A stretch of 63,980 bases of DNA, the filler included, from Octopus bimaculoides (lineage: Eukaryota): the NCBI RefSeq assembly GCF_001194135.2. It is 6 parts of 6 records of this genome, joined end to end, with 100 filler letters (N's around TTAATTAATTAA, not from the genome) between each part and the next. Parts side by side here need not be neighbours in the genome. Positions count along the whole stretch, not along the records: positions 49,616 to 61,109 come from NC_068985.1; positions 61,210 to 63,980 come from NW_026367851.1; 4 more parts are not named here. One strand, written 5' to 3'. The translations under genes and the position numbers were made by a program. Positions 51,888 to 63,980 of this stretch are shown piece after piece; within the stretch, counting starts at the first letter, position 1, and every line of letters begins with the position of its first letter. The notes beneath the pieces are model-generated. The model saw only the letters and a program-made list of their open reading frames with translations, did not search any database and had not been told where the DNA came from.

Positions 51888-52203
51888 ATATATATACATG
51901 TCATCAGCCATGCTTGTGTGTACATTTATGTCCAATTGTTCAATACGAATTTATGCATGCAGTCTTACAAGTATGACTGTGTGTATGTGTTTGTGTATAT
52001 GAAGGTGATCCTAGTAATGTTCCTGTAAGTATGCTTGTGTGTAAGCGTGTTTTTTTTTTTTGTTTTTTTTTGTTTTTTTAATGCGTGCACTGAAATATGT
52101 TGAGTGATACCCTGGTCGATATTCTGCCCTACACCACCCACTATCACCCTGGGACCATTTTAGACTTTGTGATCATTTTCCTCGATTTCTCATCCTTTAT
52201 CAG

Positions 52204-53090
52204 TGAAATCATCAGCCGACAAATCCTCTCTTCACTTTCTTCCGTACCAACACCGCCGTCACCTCTTCACAATTAAACTCAGCCCAATCTCTCCCATCTC
52301 GTCCACCATACCTATGATGTCCATCAACATCAGCAGCGGTAAGAGCATCGATGTTTCTATCATCATCATCATCATAATCATCGCCGTCGCCGTCGTCGTC
52401 ATTGCTATCACCGTCGTCACTGCCATCATTATTATTATAATGAACATCATCATTATAATGGCTATCATCATCACCATCATCATCATCATCATTATCATCA
52501 TCATCATAATCATAATCATCATCATCATCACCACCACCATCATCACCATCAACATCGTCCACATCAACATCGTCATCATTACCGGCCTAATCAGGCACAA
52601 TTATCGTCATCATCATCATCTTCATCGTTAGCATCACATCTTCCCCATCATCAGCATCGTCATCGTCATCACCAACACCATTTTCATCATCTTCTGCTTC
52701 CACCCTTCCTCCTCCTCCTCCTCCTTCACCTCCTCCTCATCATCACCTCCTCATCATCACCTCCTCATCGCCATCATCATCATCTCTTCATCCACATCAT
52801 CATCATCGTCATAATCATCACCATCATCATAATCATCATTGTCATCATCATCATAATCATCATCATCAACATCACCTTCTCCTCATCGCCGTCATCATCA
52901 TCACCTCTCCCTCTTCCTCATCATCATCATCATCTTCATCATCACCTATTCCTTTTCCTCATCATCATCGTCATACAATTATCACCTCTTCCTCATCACC
53001 ATCATCATCATCATCTCTTCCTCTTTCTCATCAGCCTCCTCCTCCTCATTATCATCATCAACGTTATCATCAACGCCATCACTATATCCG
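52204..53090. repeat. Degenerate (CAT)n/(CCT)n trinucleotide low-complexity tract
   Basis: Direct reading; poly-I, poly-D and poly-M ORFs in the different frames. Confidence 0.9.
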
Positions 53091-53280
53091 TATCCTATAG
53101 CAACCTCCGCCACACACTAATGCACCTCTAACGCTATTGGATTCTGTCCTTCTGTATGCCTGACTTTCTCTCAAGATACTTATATTTCAAGAATTTTTTT
53201 CCATACTCAGTAATTCCGTTCCTTGACGATCAGTTTTAAGTTGCGTAAGAAGTAGTTTCGTAACCCAAGTAGTATACATA

Positions 53281-54528
53281 TGTAGTGAAACTACCTCCCG
53301 CCATTAGATACAAACTACTATCGCCATTACATACAATCTTCTCATTTAAATATAAATAAATGCGAGCGTAGTAGAGAACCCATTCCTTGTTCATCACGTG
53401 ACTGATCATTATTCGAATCGGCAACTTCTTCGAACCGTTCCCGCCAGAACGCAAACTGACCAATCACGGCCCCTAATAAGGTCACGTGATGGAGTAAAAT
53501 TCTGAAGCCTTCGGGAGCCCATAGTTTGTTATAAATAGCTTTAACTCATACCCAATAATTTGTCTCGGTCCAGTTTCTCTNNNNNNNNNNNNNNNNNNNN
53601 NNNNNNNNNNNNNNNNNNNNNNNNNNNNNNNNNNNNNNNNNNNNNNNNNNNNNNNNNNNNNNNNNNNNNNNNNNNNNNNNNNNNNNNNNNNNNNNNNNNN
53701 NNNNNNNNNNNNNNNNNNNNNNNNNNNNNNNNNNNNNNNNNNNNNNNNNNNNNNNNNNNNNNNNNNNNNNNNNNNNNNNNNNNNNNNNNNNNNNNNNNNN
53801 NNNNNNNNNNNNNNNNNNNNNNNNNNNNNNNNNNNNNNNNNNNNNNNNNNNNNNNNNNNNNNNNNNNNNNNNNNNNNNNNNNNNNNNNNNNNNNNNNNNN
53901 NNNNNNNNNNNNNNNNNNNNNNNNNNNNNNNNNNNNNNNNNNNNNNNNNNNNNNNNNNNNNNNNNNNNNNNNNNNNNNNNNNNNNNNNNNNNNNNNNNNN
54001 NNNNNNNNNNNNNNNNNNNNNNNNNNNNNNNNNNNNNNNNNNNNNNNNNNNNNNNNNNNNNNNNNNNNNNNNNNNNNNNNNNNNNNNNNNNNNNNNNNNN
54101 NNNNNNNNNNNNNNNNNNNNNNNNNNNNNNNNNNNNNNNNNNNNNNNNNNNNNNNNNNNNNNNNNNNNNNNNNNNNNNNNNNNNNNNNNNNNNNNNNNNN
54201 NNNNNAATTCACACATGTATCACTCACATACATACTTTTCTTTGTACGACGGCCTGTCTTTGATTATGTTCTTATATGTCGCATTCACACTCTCACACAG
54301 ACATACATCTTTAACACTACAATGAATATCTCCGTTATTCATCTAATACGGTTGTGGTCTTTCATTACTGGTCATCTATGTTATCGTCGCATAACATATC
54401 ATATATATCATCATTTGATATATATATTTGTATGTTCGACCGTGTGACACGTTTAAATAAAAGGAGTCCTCTGTTTTTCCATTCGTCACCATTTCTCCTT
54501 TTATGAGTTCGCACGGTCGTCCCTTACA
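53281..54528 (+). mobile_element. Probable solo LTR (Gypsy-like), spanning an internal N gap
   Basis: TGTA...TACA termini and 4-bp TSD CATA (53277-53280, 54529-54532). Contains CACGTG x2, CCAAT (53460), TATAAA (53530) and AATAAA (54456). Confidence 0.7.
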
Positions 54529-54600
54529 CATATATACAGCCATACAACATACAGACATACATACAGACAGACAGACATACATAAATGTATATGTATATAT

Positions 54601-54957
54601 TCGTGACACTCCGCCGGTTACGACAGCGAGGGTTCCTGTTGATCCAATCAACGGAACAGCCTGCTCGTGGCGGACCACTCCACAAACACCTGTACCCTTA
54701 ACGTAGTTCTCAGGGAGATTCAACGTGACACACAGTGTGACAAGGCTGACCCTTTGAAATACAGGTACAACAGAAACAGGAAGAAAGAGTGAGAGAAAGT
54801 TGTGGTGAAAGAGTACAGCAGGGTTCGCCACCAACCCCCTGCCGGAGCCTCGTAGAGCATTAGGTGTTTTCGTTCAATAAACACTCACAACGCCCGTTCT
54901 GTGAATCGAAACTGCGATCCTACGATCGCGAGTCCACTGGGCCATTGCGCATCCACT
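54601..54957 (-). mobile_element. Near full-length OR-like SINE
   Basis: Reverse-complement homolog of 2603-2989 with small internal deletions. Confidence 0.85.
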
Positions 54958-55121
54958 ATACCCCCCCCCACACGCACACACTGTTTTTTATATATATATA
55001 TATATGTATACACTCACCAGCACACACATATATGTGTCTCTTTTTTTTTACTGTGTATGTATGTGTGCCTCTTTGTGTGTGCTGCATGTGTGTGTGTGTG
55101 TGTGTGTTTGTGAGCATGTGT

Positions 55122-55157
<36 letters not shown>

Positions 55158-55834
55158 ATGTACCTATGTATAAGTGACGATATCGATGGTGAGATGCTGG
55201 CGGCTGTAGCATTATGATGGTGATGTATGTTTATATTATTTAAAGATTTAGCTGATAACTATATTGCATGTCACGATAAGGAAAGTGATGACGTCATGCT
55301 TTAGTCACAGGTGCTTCACGATAATATGAAAACCAATAACCTTAATCAATAAATATGAATATTAACTCATTAATCACAAACATAGCCTTCAACAATTACG
55401 CTTAAATGTTTTCCATTCTGCAATATAACAAGATGTGCTACGCCATATTAACTTTCACCGTTTTGTTATTCAGCGAGGAAGAAATTATGTGATGTTCTAT
55501 CTGCTAGAGATAACAACTGAGATATTTTTAAACCACATATCCCTGCTGAAGGACACATTTGATAATATAGTCCTTGGTACATTTTGATCGTAGGCGTTAT
55601 CTGAGATGAGCTGATTGATAACTAAACGACAACAACAACAGTAAGAACATAAACATCGACTTCGATATGTCCTGTAATAGGTAGTATGAAATGTCTGAAA
55701 TGGTAGCCAACAATCCTTGAAATTATAAGAAATGCATGCGTGTGGAAAAGGGAAGGAGGGAAGAGTGGAAGGGGGAAGGCAGGATGTCTGTAGCTAGGAA
55801 GTAATCTTTGTTAATCGTTTTACTAGCTCAACAG

Positions 55835-55861
55835 CTACTACTACAGCAACTGCTGCTGCCC

Positions 55862-55953
<92 letters not shown>

Positions 55954-56021
55954 AAGAAGAAGAAGAAGAAGAAGAAGAAGAAGAAGAAGAAGAAGAAGAA
56001 GAAGAAGAAGAAGAAGAAGAA
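55835..56021. repeat. Compound (CTA)n(ATA)n(AGA)n microsatellite
   Basis: Direct reading; produces the poly-L/I/R ORF. Confidence 0.95.
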
Positions 56022-59000
56022 TTCAACAACAGTGGGATTTTTTCGATTTTACATTTATTTGGGAGTGCATAGAGGAGAATAAGATGGCAGGGCTATCGTC
56101 TTTTTAATTATTCCTTCGATTTGATCTGTAAATTGGAGGAGTGTTTACAATAAATCCAGAAATCCTTAATAAACCATTTCTACAAGTGGATTCTTCTGTA
56201 GTTTTGCCAAGCACAATAAAGGATATCTGTTGGGCAACAGCGAGCCAACGTGAGTACCTCACTCTGTTCGCTTGACATGCTAAAAATAGCAGCTATATTT
56301 CTCCTTAAATCACACACCTTGCCGTCTTAAACAAAGGATCTATTAAATAACGTAGTCCTGCTCTCAACTATAAAATAGCAGAATCGTCATAGCTGCAAAG
56401 CCTTTGATCATAATTCTGCTTTTGCAGATGTGACCTAAGGCTGAATAGCAACAACAAATAGCAACAGTTCATTGCCAACTTAAAGAGTAACATCATACAA
56501 GAACGGTCATGGTATTGTATAATTAGCCATCAAATTGTATTTATTGTGGTGCTTTTGACTTTAATGAATATCTTCTCCCCAAAGTGGCTATCAATCAACA
56601 AAATGCGTCGTCATAATGAACCTTTTCGTTGTTTAGAATCCTGATTAGACCTGATCGAACGTAGCTGAGATCAAAAGCAATCCAGCCCTGAAAACACCGT
56701 CTGATTTGTTTGTCTGTTTCTTTGTCTTTTATGAGCCTATCTCAGAATACATTACCAATTGTATATTATCCGGCCATTTTAAAGACCTTTGCGTGTGATA
56801 TTGGGGTGACGCACTGTCAAACATTAAATTGATTGTTAGAATATTTTACGATATTCGTTTCGGCTTCTGAGCTCATAGTTCCAATCCTGGCAAAAATAAT
56901 TTTTCTTTTTTACGTTCTGGTGTCGATAATGTAAAGTATCATTCAAATATTGACGTAGAATTTTCTCTCCCATTGTTTTCGTTTCGAAATAGGCTACGCA
57001 ACACCATGGCCCGTAGGATCCGTTCATTTCGATGTTTTCCAGAAATGTAGAAGGGTTGGGAGAGTGGTGAGCTATATTCTGTAATCGATAAACTTATATG
57101 CAATTGGAACAGAGCAATTTCCAATATAACAAGGCACGGTAATAATGAAGAATAAGAAGTGTTATAAGAAGATTTCATTGGTTATTCCATTGTGTAAACC
57201 GACCGTGCATGGGCTCTCAAGTCGTAATATATCGAAATAGTGAACACTTGCGAGACAACTGAACGCTTTTACATCAGGCTGGTGATTCTGATGTGCATTG
57301 ACATCACGAATGGGTGGGGAAATTCGTGACAGAACTCTAAGACTTTGAGCTATATTTTCCTATCCAATATCGACAATATATTATATAACAATATTGCGAC
57401 ACAGCTTTTTCCTTTACCTCAACTGGTCCCGCTTTATTCGGTAGTATCCGGGCTGATATAAAAGAAAATAAGAACAACAAAACATTCACATTTGGACAAA
57501 TTCATGCAAGTAATATTAAACTACACGACACCCGGATACATTTCGGTTAAGAAAATCTCCCTATCAAAGTGACCTATGGTGTTCTAAGACATGATTTTTT
57601 AAAAAATTCCACGTAGCGTTGTTAAGTTAGATGTGACATGGGCCAATAAAGGCCAAAGCTGGTAGAAGTCTACCAAAAGTTAACAACAGAGACGCCACAT
57701 GATTAGTTCATTTTTCTTATAACATTACAGGTTCTTCACGGAACCATAATAATCAAAACGTTAGGTATTGTCACAAATACGGCTAAGATTATTTAACTAT
57801 CGTTATGGAAGCATTCATAAAGGAAAGCTTTGACAGTACATGTGTGTCATTATATAAAGTTTTTGGCCAGTGGAGTAATTTGTATAATGTTTATTAATCT
57901 TGTATTGCTACCCTTTAATTATTTTTGTTCCTTTTCAGATTGTTCTTCAAACGTTTACTTCTCCATTCGAAAACTGCCACGATTTGTTTCAGTTACTATT
58001 CTCGTTATATTAACTATGTTATCACCTATGGTTAATGTTTATTGTGAAGAACGTGTTCGATTTTATAACCAAAGACCCACTGGTTAGGAAACTTTTGGGA
58101 AACACTGATTTACATTAAAGGAACCGCAATGATTTTTATCGTAATGTGAGAATATAACAATTGGTAGATAGAGATAAAAGACCACAATGTAGTTTGTTTC
58201 AATTGCAGGTTAAAAACATTTCCGTTCACTAACGACTCTAATACAACTAAAAACAAAAAGAAATAAAATACATGCATTCCCTTGTTCTTCCCCAACTAAA
58301 AATCTGCGATCCTTATATTTACACAAGAATAATATGTTGGTTGGGTTCAATTAATTAGTGCCAATCATAAGATTTGTAGATTTTTATCGGTGTGGCAAAT
58401 TGTTACTTGAATGATGGGAATTAATATTCATTTTATCGATGCCAGCTAGATTATATGTCAAAGAAACCAAAGAGGAATCTGTCCACGCTAGTTAAGCCTG
58501 AACTGAAACCAGTGAAGAACAGAATTAGATGATACAATAAAAAAAGGAATCCATGTATTATCTATATATTACGTTGCTATTGTAGATCATTCACGATCAC
58601 GCTTTCTTGATTTCGATCCTTGGTTGGAGTTCTTTATCTTCATTTAACTTGCTAATGTCCTTGACACATGTATATTACTGATGCAGTTTTGTTTCATTCT
58701 CTCTATAAATCCGAGGTCTTCACGTGACATCCCTTATATCTCTCAGTGTAAGAAATCAATATATAAACTGGTTGTTATCTGCTATATGCAGTAGCAATAA
58801 TCAGATTTTAGAAAGTGACATTTATTTACAATTTCTCGAAGCATCTAACACCTGATAATTTAGTACGCACGATACAGGTGGGGAGGGGCGTGAATTTGCT
58901 AGCTCCTACTTACAAAATACATTCATATATTCCTAAAAACAAACACAACTAAACAAATATATATATACATATTTGTGAGTAAATGTAAGTATAAGTATGC

Positions 59001-60390
59001 GTACATGCGTGTATACGAAAAGCTCTTATTCTCATGAACTTGGCATGCTCCACCATTAACAGCAAAGATAAGCATATCAGACGCTCTCATACATAGATAC
59101 CGAAGTCAAAATTAGCAGGAAACAACTTCTTTATGTCTATATTCTTCACACCATACATAAAATGCATAATAAAATCGATAGTAAAAACTGAGGTCAGAAA
59201 TCGTATGAAATATATAAACTATGAAGAGGAACAATAATAGCTGCGTAGAAACTATGTGTGACCCTTAATATGCTTTGGAAGTCCTGTATTCGGACGTTGT
59301 GTATCTTTATCCCAAATTCCATCGAAAAGCAGAGATAAAGAAATAGCCGTTTTGGCAGTATTACAAGACACGCTTTTAGACCAAATATAAAAAAGAAATA
59401 GACATTCAGAAAATTTATAAACCTTTGACATGAGAGTTTCACAGTTTGTTTCCGCTTGGCACCGACAAACCTAATTCTTGCCACCTCAAGCTCAAACATT
59501 CCATAACATGGACACATCTCTTATGCTCCAACAGGATAATTAGATTACCGTGAAAATTATTCTCCTGTCCTCTCAATCCCGAGATAGATGCTTTGAGATA
59601 GCGTCTATCATGCTACGGTGGAATTCCCTTTTAATTATCATTAAAAAGAAGCAAGAAAACATACAGGCTCACATTGCTGATTAGTGGCATTTTTCAGTGA
59701 CATCAAACATAATGCTATAAACAGTTATTTGAAAAGACCCTTGCAGCAGAGTCCTCAGCTTGATGGAAGCAGAGAATAACAGCACGGTCCTCAGCGCCCA
59801 TATTCGTTTCATCAACTAGAATCACGTCAAGGCTCTTCATAAAAACAAAAACAAAATCAGCTCTAATTGTCATATTTTAATAAACATCGTTAACTTTATT
59901 ATGATGATTTTCCGCATATTTTCAAAAATTTGATTAAGGAGGGGTTCATATTGTTAGAGGAATGCCATTGCAGTATTGCGAATGGAAGATATCGTAATAT
60001 GTATATATGACTGTTATTTGATTTACTGAATACGGAAAGATAAAATGAGAATCGACTACCAAATTAAACTAATTAAGGTAAGGCAATTAATCCAGTACGT
60101 TACACTTTCTGCTCACACTTTGCTGTCAAGAGACAAATAATTTCTAACTTTGGCACATTTTCATACATTTGGAAGAAAGTGCTATAATCGATTCAATCTA
60201 AAGCATTGTAACATTTTAATATATTTCACCGACACTTAATAGATAACATGAAAAAGCGACGCTGGAAAGAATTTTTGTTCAAAACGGTGAAATTACATCT
60301 TGCTGGATATTTTATCATGCGTACCAGTATTTTTGGAAGCCTACGACTATGTTTCATACTGGCACAAACAGAGTACGAGAAGGTTAAATA

Positions 60391-60461
60391 ATGGCAAGTC
60401 ATAAAGTACAGGATGAGGAAATATATGAAAACTACATCAAATTTAGTAAGTTGTTGGACAA
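60391..60461 (+). CDS. Candidate first coding exon, MASHKVQDEEIYENYIKFSKLLD(K); product uncertain (weak TPPP/p25-like resemblance)
   Basis: aaataATGG start context, unique non-repetitive sequence and donor AA|GTATGT at 60462. No transcript evidence. Confidence 0.35.
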
Positions 60462-60842
60462 GTATGTACTTACGTTTTCATTAACTCGTACTAAGCACCA
60501 CAACGTGGTAACGGTAAGAACCTAATAAAAATAATAACCATTGATGTTTACATCAATACTGGTGTTATTCAGATAAATTAAACTTTCTCTCGTAGACCCT
60601 GTTTAACCAAGGATAAATGCCAGAATTAACTGAACAGTATTGTGTTCAATAATAAACACAGAATGTCCGAAGTATGTAGTCTATTTTGCCAATAGTCGGG
60701 TAGTTACTCTATGACAAGTGTGATTGGCAAGATAAAAGTATTATGAAATGTTAATATAAAAAAAGCATTCAATCTCAGTCTCAGGTAGAGTTGTTTGCTA
60801 TACATTATATAATGACAGAAATATATAGATATGTATATGGTA

Positions 60843-61045
60843 CTCCGTCGCTTACAACGACGATGGTTCCAGTTGATCCAATCAACGGAAGAGCCTGTAC
60901 AGACAAGTGTGCCCTTAATGTAATTCTCAGGGAGATTCAGCGTGACACGGCGTATGACAGGGCTGCCCTTTTGAAATACAGGTACTTCTCATTTTTGCCA
61001 GCTAATGGACTGGAGCAACGTGAAATAAAGTACCTTGCTCAAGGA
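60843..61045 (-). mobile_element. SINE fragment (family of 32740-33030)
   Basis: actccgtcgcttacaacgacg...ggactggagcaacgtgaaataaagtaccttgctcaagg. Confidence 0.75.
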
Positions 61046-61054
61046 TATATACAT

Positions 61055-61109
<55 letters not shown>

Positions 61110-61209
61110 NNNNNNNNNNNNNNNNNNNNNNNNNNNNNNNNNNNNNNNNNNNNTTAATTAATTAANNNNNNNNNNNNNNNNNNNNNNNNNNNNNNNNNNN
61201 NNNNNNNNN
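61110..61209. other. Artificial scaffold-joining spacer
   Basis: N44-TTAATTAATTAA (61154-61165)-N44. Confidence 0.95.
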
Positions 61210-61385
61210 CATATATATATATATATATACGACGGGCTTCTTTCAGTTTCCGTCTACCAAATCCACTCACAAGGCTTTGGTCGGCCCGTGGCTATAGTAG
61301 AAGACACTTTCCCAAGGTACCACGCAGTGGGACTGAACCCAGAACCATGTGGTTGGTAAGCAAGCTACTTACCACTCAACCACTC
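61210..61385 (-). mobile_element. CORE-like SINE 5' half
   Basis: Reverse complement of 23461-23630. Confidence 0.85.
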
Positions 61386-61786
61386 CATGAAACTTTTGGA
61401 CGACTTTATAAAAAAATCTCCGTGAAAACCGAGATATCATTTCGAGGCGGACACTTTAACGCACATACCTACACACACACACACAACATAGAAGAAAAAT
61501 ACACTGTCATCGTTGACGACACAAAGAGCCTGGATTAATAAAAATAAATAGCATGGCTTAGGCATGGTTTGTCATTCATGTCTCTTCTGCGCAGGTACAA
61601 ATATAAAGAAAGACAACCGCCCAACCGCTACGATAAACTGTGAAATTTGTCACAATATGATGAAATGAATTTCATGCGTCGCTTCCTAACTTAAGACTAA
61701 CGTGTAAGGAGAAGCGAGAAATATCTAATAATAATAATAAATAAATAAATAGATAAAGAGAATCCCAACAGTTTAGAAAGCTAACA

Positions 61787-61819
<33 letters not shown>

Positions 61820-61950
61820 TATATATATATGTTGTTAATGTAATGTAATACATATATATATACATACATATATATATTGTTATATTTAGATTTAGAGAAC
61901 GCCTTGCATAATTCACAGAACTCATAAACGTCCTCGAAATTTATCGCATG

Positions 61951-62001
<51 letters not shown>

Positions 62002-62359
62002 TAATAATAATAATAAAAAACATACACATTCCAAGGAAGTAACAAATTTCACTCAAGAAACGAACTAATTTGTTATTGAGGCTGAAATCCGGCATACTAT
62101 GGCATTCCACAAACACGTACACGTACACACACACACACACGCTGTTGCGTACTTACACACCCAGACAAGCGTAGATGCAGATATGTTTCTTTCATAACTC
62201 GGTTATCAGGCAGGTGGCCAGTCAGTATTACACGGTTACAATCTATAATGCTTAAAATATGAAACACAAGCACATGCACACACGCACGCGTACATCTCCA
62301 CACTTGTTCTTTCGTTTTACTTCCATTTTTTTTTTCATGCTTGCACGAGTTACACATAT

Positions 62360-62558
62360 TTAATCTTTTACTTGTTTCAGTCATTTTTGACTGCGGCCAT
62401 GCTGGAGCACCGCCTTTAGTCGAGCACAAATCGACCCCAGGACATATTCTTTGTAAGCCTAGTACTTATTCTATCGGTCTCTTTTGCCGAACCGCTATGT
62501 TATGGGGACGTAAACACACCACCATCGGTTGTCAATCGATTTTGGGGGGACAAACAAA
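62360..62558 (-). mobile_element. CORE-like SINE 3' half (runs into gap); similar piece at 45300-45490
   Basis: tttacttgtttcagtcatttttgactgcggccatgctggagcaccgcc... Confidence 0.85.
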
Positions 62559-63689
62559 NNNNNNNNNNNNNNNNNNNNNNNNNNNNNNNNNNNNNNNNNN
62601 NNNNNNNNNNNNNNNNNNNNNNNNNNNNNNNNNNNNNNNNNNNNNNNNNNNNNNNNNNNNNNNNNNNNNNNNNNNNNNNNNNNNNNNNNNNNNNNNNNNN
62701 NNNNNNNNNNNNNNNNNNNNNNNNNNNNNNNNNNNNNNNNNNNNNNNNNNNNNNNNNNNNNNNNNNNNNNNNNNNNNNNNNNNNNNNNNNNNNNNNNNNN
62801 NNNNNNNNNNNNNNNNNNNNNNNNNNNNNNNNNNNNNNNNNNNNNNNNNNNNNNNNNNNNNNNNNNNNNNNNNNNNNNNNNNNNNNNNNNNNNNNNNNNN
62901 NNNNNNNNNNNNNNNNNNNNNNNNNNNNNNNNNNNNNNNNNNNNNNNNNNNNNNNNNNNNNNNNNNNNNNNNNNNNNNNNNNNNNNNNNNNNNNNNNNNN
63001 NNNNNNNNNNNNNNNNNNNNNNNNNNNNNNNNNNNNNNNNNNNNNNNNNNNNNNNNNNNNNNNNNNNNNNNNNNNNNNNNNNNNNNNNNNNNNNNNNNNN
63101 NNNNNNNNNNNNNNNNNNNNNNNNNNNNNNNNNNNNNNNNNNNNNNNNNNNNNNNNNNNNNNNNNNNNNNNNNNNNNNNNNNNNNNNNNNNNNNNNNNNN
63201 NNNNNNNNNNNNNNNNNNNNNNNNNNNNNNNNNNNNNNNNNNNNNNNNNNNNNNNNNNNNNNNNNNNNNNNNNNNNNNNNNNNNNNNNNNNNNNNNNNNN
63301 NNNNNNNNNNNNNNNNNNNNNNNNNNNNNNNNNNNNNNNNNNNNNNNNNNNNNNNNNNNNNNNNNNNNNNNNNNNNNNNNNNNNNNNNNNNNNNNNNNNN
63401 NNNNNNNNNNNNNNNNNNNNNNNNNNNNNNNNNNNNNNNNNNNNNNNNNNNNNNNNNNNNNTAGATAGCTGTTGACACTAAATTTTTCATGGTAATATAT
63501 GCAATGGGTTGAAAAAAAAAAGGTAAAGGAACGTTAAAGAAGAAGAAAAAAAAATAATTGCAGAAAATGGGAAATATTTAATAAGAGAAAAGCATTTCGT
63601 CGTTTGAGGAAGAGGCCCTTTTGTTTTCTTTGCTTGCAAAGTCTGGAGGAAGGGACAGAGCCCATGATCCCTGCAAGGCCTTCAATATT

Positions 63690-63960
63690 TATGATATCGA
63701 TGCGATATAATGTTTTGGCTAAACTGTTGCCGGTCAATAATTGTGGAAAAGACTTGAGCAAGGAGGGGATTCCAGAGGGATAAAGCGGTGGGGATGAAGG
63801 ATTGGGTATAGTGGTTAGTGCAGAGAAAAGCAATGCCTGGTACGTACCAAGAATAGGAAGTAGTGGAGAGACAAGTGTGACGAAAGTCGCTCCACTGATT
63901 CAGTCTGTTGAAGAATTATAGTGTTCCTCGTATTTAGAGCGAGAAAAATAAAGGTTTCAA
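63690..63960 (-). pseudogene. CR1/Jockey-type LINE ORF2 C-terminal remnant
   Basis: Minus strand TNHYTQSFIPTALSLWNPLLAQVFSTIIDRQQFSQNI (cf. RT..Y..SF.P.T..LWN.LP..VFP...D.Q.FK.N). Confidence 0.75.
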
Positions 63961-63980
63961 GATAAAAGTTATGAGTTCAA

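Noticed and set aside
52203-52631. Asp-rich acidic ORF (possible biomineralisation protein) and poly-Ile ORF
   Set aside because: Degenerate (CAT)n tract open in several frames, with no splice signals, signal peptide or unique domain.
55808-56107. Signal-peptide-like poly-L/I followed by poly-R
   Set aside because: Compound trinucleotide microsatellite.
56836-57100. Minus-strand frame with GSYGPWC resembling a kringle segment
   Set aside because: The other kringle cysteines and NYCRNPD are absent, and plus-strand splice signals overlap.
59260-59540. Possible Penelope RT motif (SDVVYLYPK ... YAPT)
   Set aside because: One plausible motif only; no YxDD-like motif seen downstream.
1-63980. 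Most long ORFs in the provided track (YIYI, CVCV, THTH, poly-X)
   Set aside because: They are translations of microsatellites or run through N gaps.

Overview
AT-rich (non-coding-dominated) animal genomic DNA, packed with microsatellites and with tRNA-derived SINE families that I recognise as typical of Octopus; the species is inferred, not proven. The window is not contiguous biology. Five identical 100-bp spacers (N44-TTAATTAATTAA-N44) join six small scaffolds: 1-15817, 15918-24755, 24856-36512, 36613-49515, 49616-61109 and 61210-63980. No complete host gene is present, only a few candidate exons. Most provided ORFs are microsatellite or N-gap artefacts. The recognisable coding remnants are all decayed mobile elements: a Maverick/Polinton-type protein-primed DNA polymerase B, a ZMYM1/hAT transposase, a Helitron PIF1 helicase split by an 8-bp-TSD MITE, L1/Tx1 and CR1/Jockey-type LINE pieces, a Penelope-like GIY-YIG endonuclease and a probable solo LTR. 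The most interesting signal is at 48.4-49.4 kb, about 0.5 kb from the Penelope-like fragment. It is a divergent palindrome of ~350-nt units carrying four type-I hammerhead ribozyme motifs; three are homologous and each has a different core lesion, so their consensus is intact. This is the architecture expected of a retrozyme/circRNA-producing element. Further hammerhead-like motifs occur at 49.7 kb, 44.0 kb and 14.3-14.4 kb.
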